The notes below the pieces were generated by a model. It made no database searches, was not told the origin of the DNA, and saw only the letters and a program-made list of their open reading frames with translations. Made by a program: the position numbers and the translations under genes. Shown piece by piece: positions 7,701 through 10,928 of a stretch of DNA of 10,928 bases (positions within the stretch are counted from its first letter, which is position 1; every line of letters starts with the position of its first letter). The stretch comes from Nanobdellota archaeon (GTDB taxonomy: Archaea; Nanobdellota; Nanobdellia; Woesearchaeales; JAHWHD01), in contig JAYENX010000040.1 of assembly GCA_034722435.1 (NCBI GenBank), forward strand, positions 1 to 10,928. The letters run 5' to 3'.

Positions 7701-9570
7701 TTTTGCATTATATAATGGAATAAAAGAGTTTGGTGTGGCTGGTTGTGGAAAGAGGATTCTTAAAGAACGTAAAAGAATTGGGTTAACATCACTAGCTGCT
7801 GTTGTTACTATGATGTTAGCAGGGTCTTATTTTGGAGGGGATACTGGAAATCTAACAGCTATGCCTCTTGATGTTAAGCCGACAAAGATTATTCAAACAG
7901 CGAAGGTTACTAAAAAAGTAAAAGAAAACGTATATAACAATAATAATTCAAGTCACACGATTCATCGTTTGCTACCTAAATCTAGGAGGCAAATAGCAAG
8001 TAATAATGCCACTTTCAATCCAGATGTACCAGCAGGATATTTTGCAGTATCACGGAGCGGATTTCTCTGGCAGAGGGATAGTGACAAAGCAGCATGGTCA
8101 GTTTACAAAAAAATTCCCATACCTGAAAATATGCACATAAGTGGACAAATATCTAAAAAATTAAATTTACCCGTATCAAAAGCTGAAACATTAGAAGGGA
8201 AAATTTCGGCATTGACGAAGCATTTCAATGAGTATGAATATGATGTAGTTACATCTGAAGATGTAAAGAAGTATGGTGGTGTTTTAGCGGTTGTTGAGAA
8301 AGAGAAAAAAGGTACTTGTGCAGAGGTAAATACGTTAGCCGCAGTATATGCTCACAAGATGGGAATTAGAAAAATAAGATATGTTAATGGTTTTTTAAAT
8401 GGTGTTGGACATGCTTGGCTTGAGTTTGAACGTGTTGGAAAATGGCACTTGGTTGATTTTACACCAAAAAAGATAAATCCTGAACTTGCAAAGATTATGC
8501 CTAAGCAACCAAGTACGCATATTATGGATCTTGATAATTTTTCTTATAATATGATGCTAAAAGATGAAAATGCATTTGTATATATAAAAATAAAAGAAGG
8601 GGATACAAGATGGAAATTTGCAACCGAAATTAAGAAATGGACAGGTGTTAAAAGAAAAAATATTTTAGATCGAATTCCTTTATCAAAAAAAGGGTATCTT
8701 CGTCAAGGAATTTATGAAGTTGGCAAGCTATTGTCTTCTGATACTAATCAATCACCTCCGTTTATTATTGAAAATGGCGAGCTATGTAAAATAGAGACAT
8801 ACCCCTTAAGACATCGTCTTAATGATAAATTCCAATTTTGTGGGAAGACATGGAGTGATTATTGCCTGAGACCTTTAAGTGATGCTTTAGAAGGATTGGA
8901 AGTAAAGAAAGGTAAAGTTTTTACGGATATTAAAAAAGGAGATACGCGATTTAAACTTGCAAATAAATTGAAAAGGGTTGCAGGTTCAAATTCAACATGG
9001 CAAGATATTGCAGAAAGAATTGAGTTAATACGAGGAGATTTTGCAACAGGTAAATATGAAGTTGGAAAGTATGTTAATGATAGAGTTGTAATTGGAGATA
9101 AGATTAAAAGATATGTCGAACCTGTTAAGGTAGTAGAGAATGTTAAACCAATCGAATCGGAAAGATTGCCTAAGAAAGATGTTGTTAAATTAATGGTAGT
9201 GCCAGAAAAATTAAACTTGCCAGTACAATCAGAATCAGAACTTGTTGTTCCTTATCAGGATAATACTCATTTGTACTTATTAGGTATGGGTCTTCTATGT
9301 GGAGCTGTATACCTCGGAACCAGAAAAAGTGAAAGATTAGATGAACTTAATAGAGATCAAAGGGTTACGCTTTATTCTTTAGCAGAAGCTTTACCAGAGG
9401 TTGATGTTTATTACACGCCTCACGTTTCAAGTGCTTTTGATTTATCTAAGAACAGGGTTAGATTGAATCCTAAGGCAAGTATAATCCCAGAGATTGCAGC
9501 TTTAGGGTATGCCACATTTATGAGAGATGAAGAATTAGCTAAAACAGTGATTAAGAGGTATGGAAAATGA
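4762..9570 (+). CDS. Multidomain membrane protein: Hsp90-like GHKL ATPase + 2 transglutaminase-like (Cys-His-Asp) domains + 2 LysM-like repeats (1602 aa)
   Basis: GHKL boxes: FIRE180AVQN184AD, IED212KGMAM, G242KFGIG, G293TTITI. Hydrophobic segments at aa 604-643, 1006-1024 and 1504-1519. Triads: C838/H869(HAW)/D884(DYTP) and C1186/H1217(HAW)/D1232(DFTP). Confidence 0.9.
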   Translation: MNLYEALKNRVKQKIPEWIRLANVEGHAQMPRMIVVDDVEEAGRLRRRYPDTLVVHSPKIYDEHSRWEVDDSFNSSNDPLEIRLSNNDKIKGILVEPESMMLAMSNLYQDWMEPPKDLNQVVDSLENSVEKATVKRQKGMDGLQKAAMNLSGKKDPQKIRSLINWILKHQFEFPEHFIREAVQNADGAYENKKENQIDVYIDTANRQVRIEDKGMAMTSKTIDDKFFNMFKSENEHLDFAAGKFGIGAVSFFGLDHESVEIDSLTEAGEGSRVVVNRKLMKGDYLPSNRTEHGTTITINLAEQSDIDFNKVKEILEQDCCYIETPLFLHMDGNSRRLNRELFPDDAMTFQENNAQGFLQKYGNGGELHLLDHRIRLKTLPIKGANGVVNCDGLSTTFSRDSIKDDAVFKNLWSFINLKRKELYQNEAVDYTGLPIDERLKRYSHFVQESLFVEDGKANEEWIRDNFSTLKEGKRFRKGLTWKTHTDFSFLNKWGALPDYVFNTLRGLVSAPYKILKAYIEEDRDIKIGGMDIDLGFLATPKPKEEDIQTIVDNELILENQLENIITLRNSERKHKIKNALDSITNPLPRWYESKATYFLNNAGWILNPIIGLGGTIAGFLSGFPKVGMGIAATTVAYSIPALASNAKNIAKGMYSVGYNIVQAVSHWLKEKVLNEEISKRYSEVAAGFKKPKESVKSYKRVKPAVVKKLNLKRASSTRSYPETMDWKHSLRSSTREDIASVINSHVDFLKPEYSKSETFTNLNGPTWEYDTGELQVSKTTPLPEEISKKVNDKSSLEQKLWEVFNHIKKFEYDAVTSEDVAKHGGILEAIIGEKKAKCDQANTLAAHYLNQLGVKNIRYAKGESHGVPHAWLEVEMKGDWYVADYTPDNINPELEEMLNSGTIIPSCDSGKNIFAGYNNDNMSLWRKIKLGAKMAYHGVKKHGVLGFGEKVFRLDKNINPRKLGYFETLATLPMRVVGFPFALYNGIKEFGVAGCGKRILKERKRIGLTSLAAVVTMMLAGSYFGGDTGNLTAMPLDVKPTKIIQTAKVTKKVKENVYNNNNSSHTIHRLLPKSRRQIASNNATFNPDVPAGYFAVSRSGFLWQRDSDKAAWSVYKKIPIPENMHISGQISKKLNLPVSKAETLEGKISALTKHFNEYEYDVVTSEDVKKYGGVLAVVEKEKKGTCAEVNTLAAVYAHKMGIRKIRYVNGFLNGVGHAWLEFERVGKWHLVDFTPKKINPELAKIMPKQPSTHIMDLDNFSYNMMLKDENAFVYIKIKEGDTRWKFATEIKKWTGVKRKNILDRIPLSKKGYLRQGIYEVGKLLSSDTNQSPPFIIENGELCKIETYPLRHRLNDKFQFCGKTWSDYCLRPLSDALEGLEVKKGKVFTDIKKGDTRFKLANKLKRVAGSNSTWQDIAERIELIRGDFATGKYEVGKYVNDRVVIGDKIKRYVEPVKVVENVKPIESERLPKKDVVKLMVVPEKLNLPVQSESELVVPYQDNTHLYLLGMGLLCGAVYLGTRKSERLDELNRDQRVTLYSLAEALPEVDVYYTPHVSSAFDLSKNRVRLNPKASIIPEIAALGYATFMRDEELAKTVIKRYGK
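7153..8499 (+). repeat. Intragenic duplication of the transglutaminase-like domain (about 7153-7455 and 8197-8499)
   Basis: FEYDAVTSEDVAKHGGILEAIIGEKKAKCDQANTLAA aligns with YEYDVVTSEDVKKYGGVLAVVEKEKKGTCAEVNTLAA, and DYTPDNINPEL with DFTPKKINPEL. The catalytic Cys residues are 348 aa apart. Confidence 0.9.
8581..9069 (+). repeat. Two LysM-like about 50-aa repeats (8581-8727 and 8920-9069)
   Basis: YIKIKEGDTRWKFATEIKK...GIYEVGK aligns with FTDIKKGDTRFKLANKLKR...GKYEVGK. Both resemble the LysM Y.VK.GDTLW.IA start. The duplication is clear; the LysM label is tentative. Confidence 0.6.
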
Positions 9571-10886
9571 AACTTGCTTTTGATGTATCGATAGAAGATA
9601 TGGTAAGGAAGAAAGCAGACAGGTATCATAATCCTATAGATTACCTTGATGATTTAATTATTGGAAAAATGTATAGACCCAGAAGAAAGATTGATGTAGA
9701 TGTATATCCCAGTGTGATCAGTGTAAAATCTGAAGGTCCTTCAGACGAATCGTTTATTGGTGAGATACAAGACGGAGATATATTTGCGAAAGCAGAAGTG
9801 CTTCCGCCAATTGCAGAGTATGAAACAGTAATAGCACATACCGGCAACAAAATTCTTATAGTACATGGAAATAGAACTATTGAGGTAGCAGATTTGGAAT
9901 CTGAAAATTCATCTGTAGAAATATTTAGAGAAAGAAACGGTAATGATGAAGCTAAAAGGTTAAAAGAGTTGTATAGTAATTCTGATCTTGATGTTAGGAT
10001 AAATGGTCAAACATTAGAAAAAGCTGTAGGGTTTGAGTTTGATAAAGATGGTGTTAGAGGAGTTATTGCATATGATAAAAGATCGAGAGGTAATGTGCAT
10101 TATTTTAATAATGGAAGATTTGTTGATAAATTAAGTTCAGACATGGGTGGCGTGGATATTTTCCTGCACCAACATGGATTAGCCCCTAACGTTGCAAAGA
10201 CTAAAGTGTTGACAAAAGGAGAGTTTAGGCAAGAGAACGAAAGAATAAATCAAGCGCTTTCCGACGTGTTTGTTGATTATGTTAAACAGTTTAATGGTAG
10301 CGTACAGTCTTATCAAACATTGATGAGGAATGTTCATAATAAATATCCAAGCGCGAGTCTTAATTCTGTGATAAAAGATAAAATTTTGTTTGCAGATCGA
10401 AATGGTGAGTTTAGAAAAGATTATACTCTTGATTATGTGACTGAGCATATTGGAGTTAGACTTTCAGAGAGTGATGATGGTTTATATCAAAGTGTTATGG
10501 GAGAATCAAGGCAAAGTAGACATAAGAAATTAATGGAAGAATTAAGAAGGAAACAGAGAGAGGAAATGTTGAAGAAGAAAAGAGAGATGAAGAAAAAAGA
10601 GATAAAGAGAAGTCAAGTTAAAAGCAGGGTTGTTGAACACGATTATAATCCTTTGCTTCAAGAGGTTGGTACAATATTGAATATTGAAGTTAATGAAGGG
10701 GAAGCGTATAGTTTTAGTGATGGTACTTTGAAAGTTCCAAGAAAAGCATTAGACAATGATGCTCTTAAAATCGCAATGGATGCTGTTCCGCATATTGGAA
10801 GAGATGAAAGTTCTAGATTAGAACTCTATAGTAAAATAGTAAAGTATTCTTCAGGTGTTAATCCAGAGAAAGGTTTTTTCGGGTAA
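9567..10886 (+). CDS. Degenerate Hsp90/GHKL-like paralog lacking ATP-binding motifs, with a charged helix (439 aa)
   Basis: It has an ATGA overlap with the upstream stop. The N-terminus (AFDVSIEDMVRKKADRYHNPIDYLDDLIIG) parallels the upstream KDPQKIRSLINWILKHQFEFPEHFIREAVQN. The middle region (VRINGQ...GVRGVI...VHYFNNGRFV...LAPNVAKTKV) parallels the upstream transducer region. There is an E/K/R-rich helix at aa 318-352. Confidence 0.75.
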   Translation: MKLAFDVSIEDMVRKKADRYHNPIDYLDDLIIGKMYRPRRKIDVDVYPSVISVKSEGPSDESFIGEIQDGDIFAKAEVLPPIAEYETVIAHTGNKILIVHGNRTIEVADLESENSSVEIFRERNGNDEAKRLKELYSNSDLDVRINGQTLEKAVGFEFDKDGVRGVIAYDKRSRGNVHYFNNGRFVDKLSSDMGGVDIFLHQHGLAPNVAKTKVLTKGEFRQENERINQALSDVFVDYVKQFNGSVQSYQTLMRNVHNKYPSASLNSVIKDKILFADRNGEFRKDYTLDYVTEHIGVRLSESDDGLYQSVMGESRQSRHKKLMEELRRKQREEMLKKKREMKKKEIKRSQVKSRVVEHDYNPLLQEVGTILNIEVNEGEAYSFSDGTLKVPRKALDNDALKIAMDAVPHIGRDESSRLELYSKIVKYSSGVNPEKGFFG

Positions 10887-10928
10887 TACATCATCTAATA
10901 ATATAATTCAATAAGTCTATCTAAAAAT

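Noticed and set aside
6756-10448. Minus-strand track ORFs 6756-6962, 9420-9629, 9641-9850 and 10179-10448
   Set aside because: They are short antisense shadows of the two long motif-bearing plus-strand genes.
10895-10927. Possible C-terminus of a convergent minus-strand gene (FLDRLIELYY*)
   Set aside because: Only 10 codons lie inside the window, which is not enough to support a call.

Overview
AT-rich window that reads as archaeal, most likely DPANN/Woesearchaeota-like. This is inferred from BRE+TATA promoters, GAGGTG/GGTGA ribosome-binding sites, leaderless starts and a wHTH + RelE-like pair. Left to right: (1) a divergent regulatory module, with an AbrB-like gene, an unannotated 45-aa ORF and a truncated wHTH-fused protein on the minus strand facing a wHTH protein on the plus strand, separated by a palindrome-rich spacer; (2) a 389-aa protein with 24 tandem 11-residue GxxAGxxAxFx repeats, flanked by copies of a GC-rich hairpin element; (3) a wHTH antitoxin / RelE-like toxin / 2-TM membrane protein operon; (4) the most unusual part, a translationally coupled two-gene unit. 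The first gene encodes a 1602-aa membrane protein: an Hsp90-like GHKL ATPase, two duplicated transglutaminase-like Cys-His-Asp domains predicted on opposite faces of the membrane, and two LysM-like repeats. The second encodes a 439-aa paralog of the ATPase region that has lost the catalytic motifs. All domain calls are by eye from motifs; no database searches were run.
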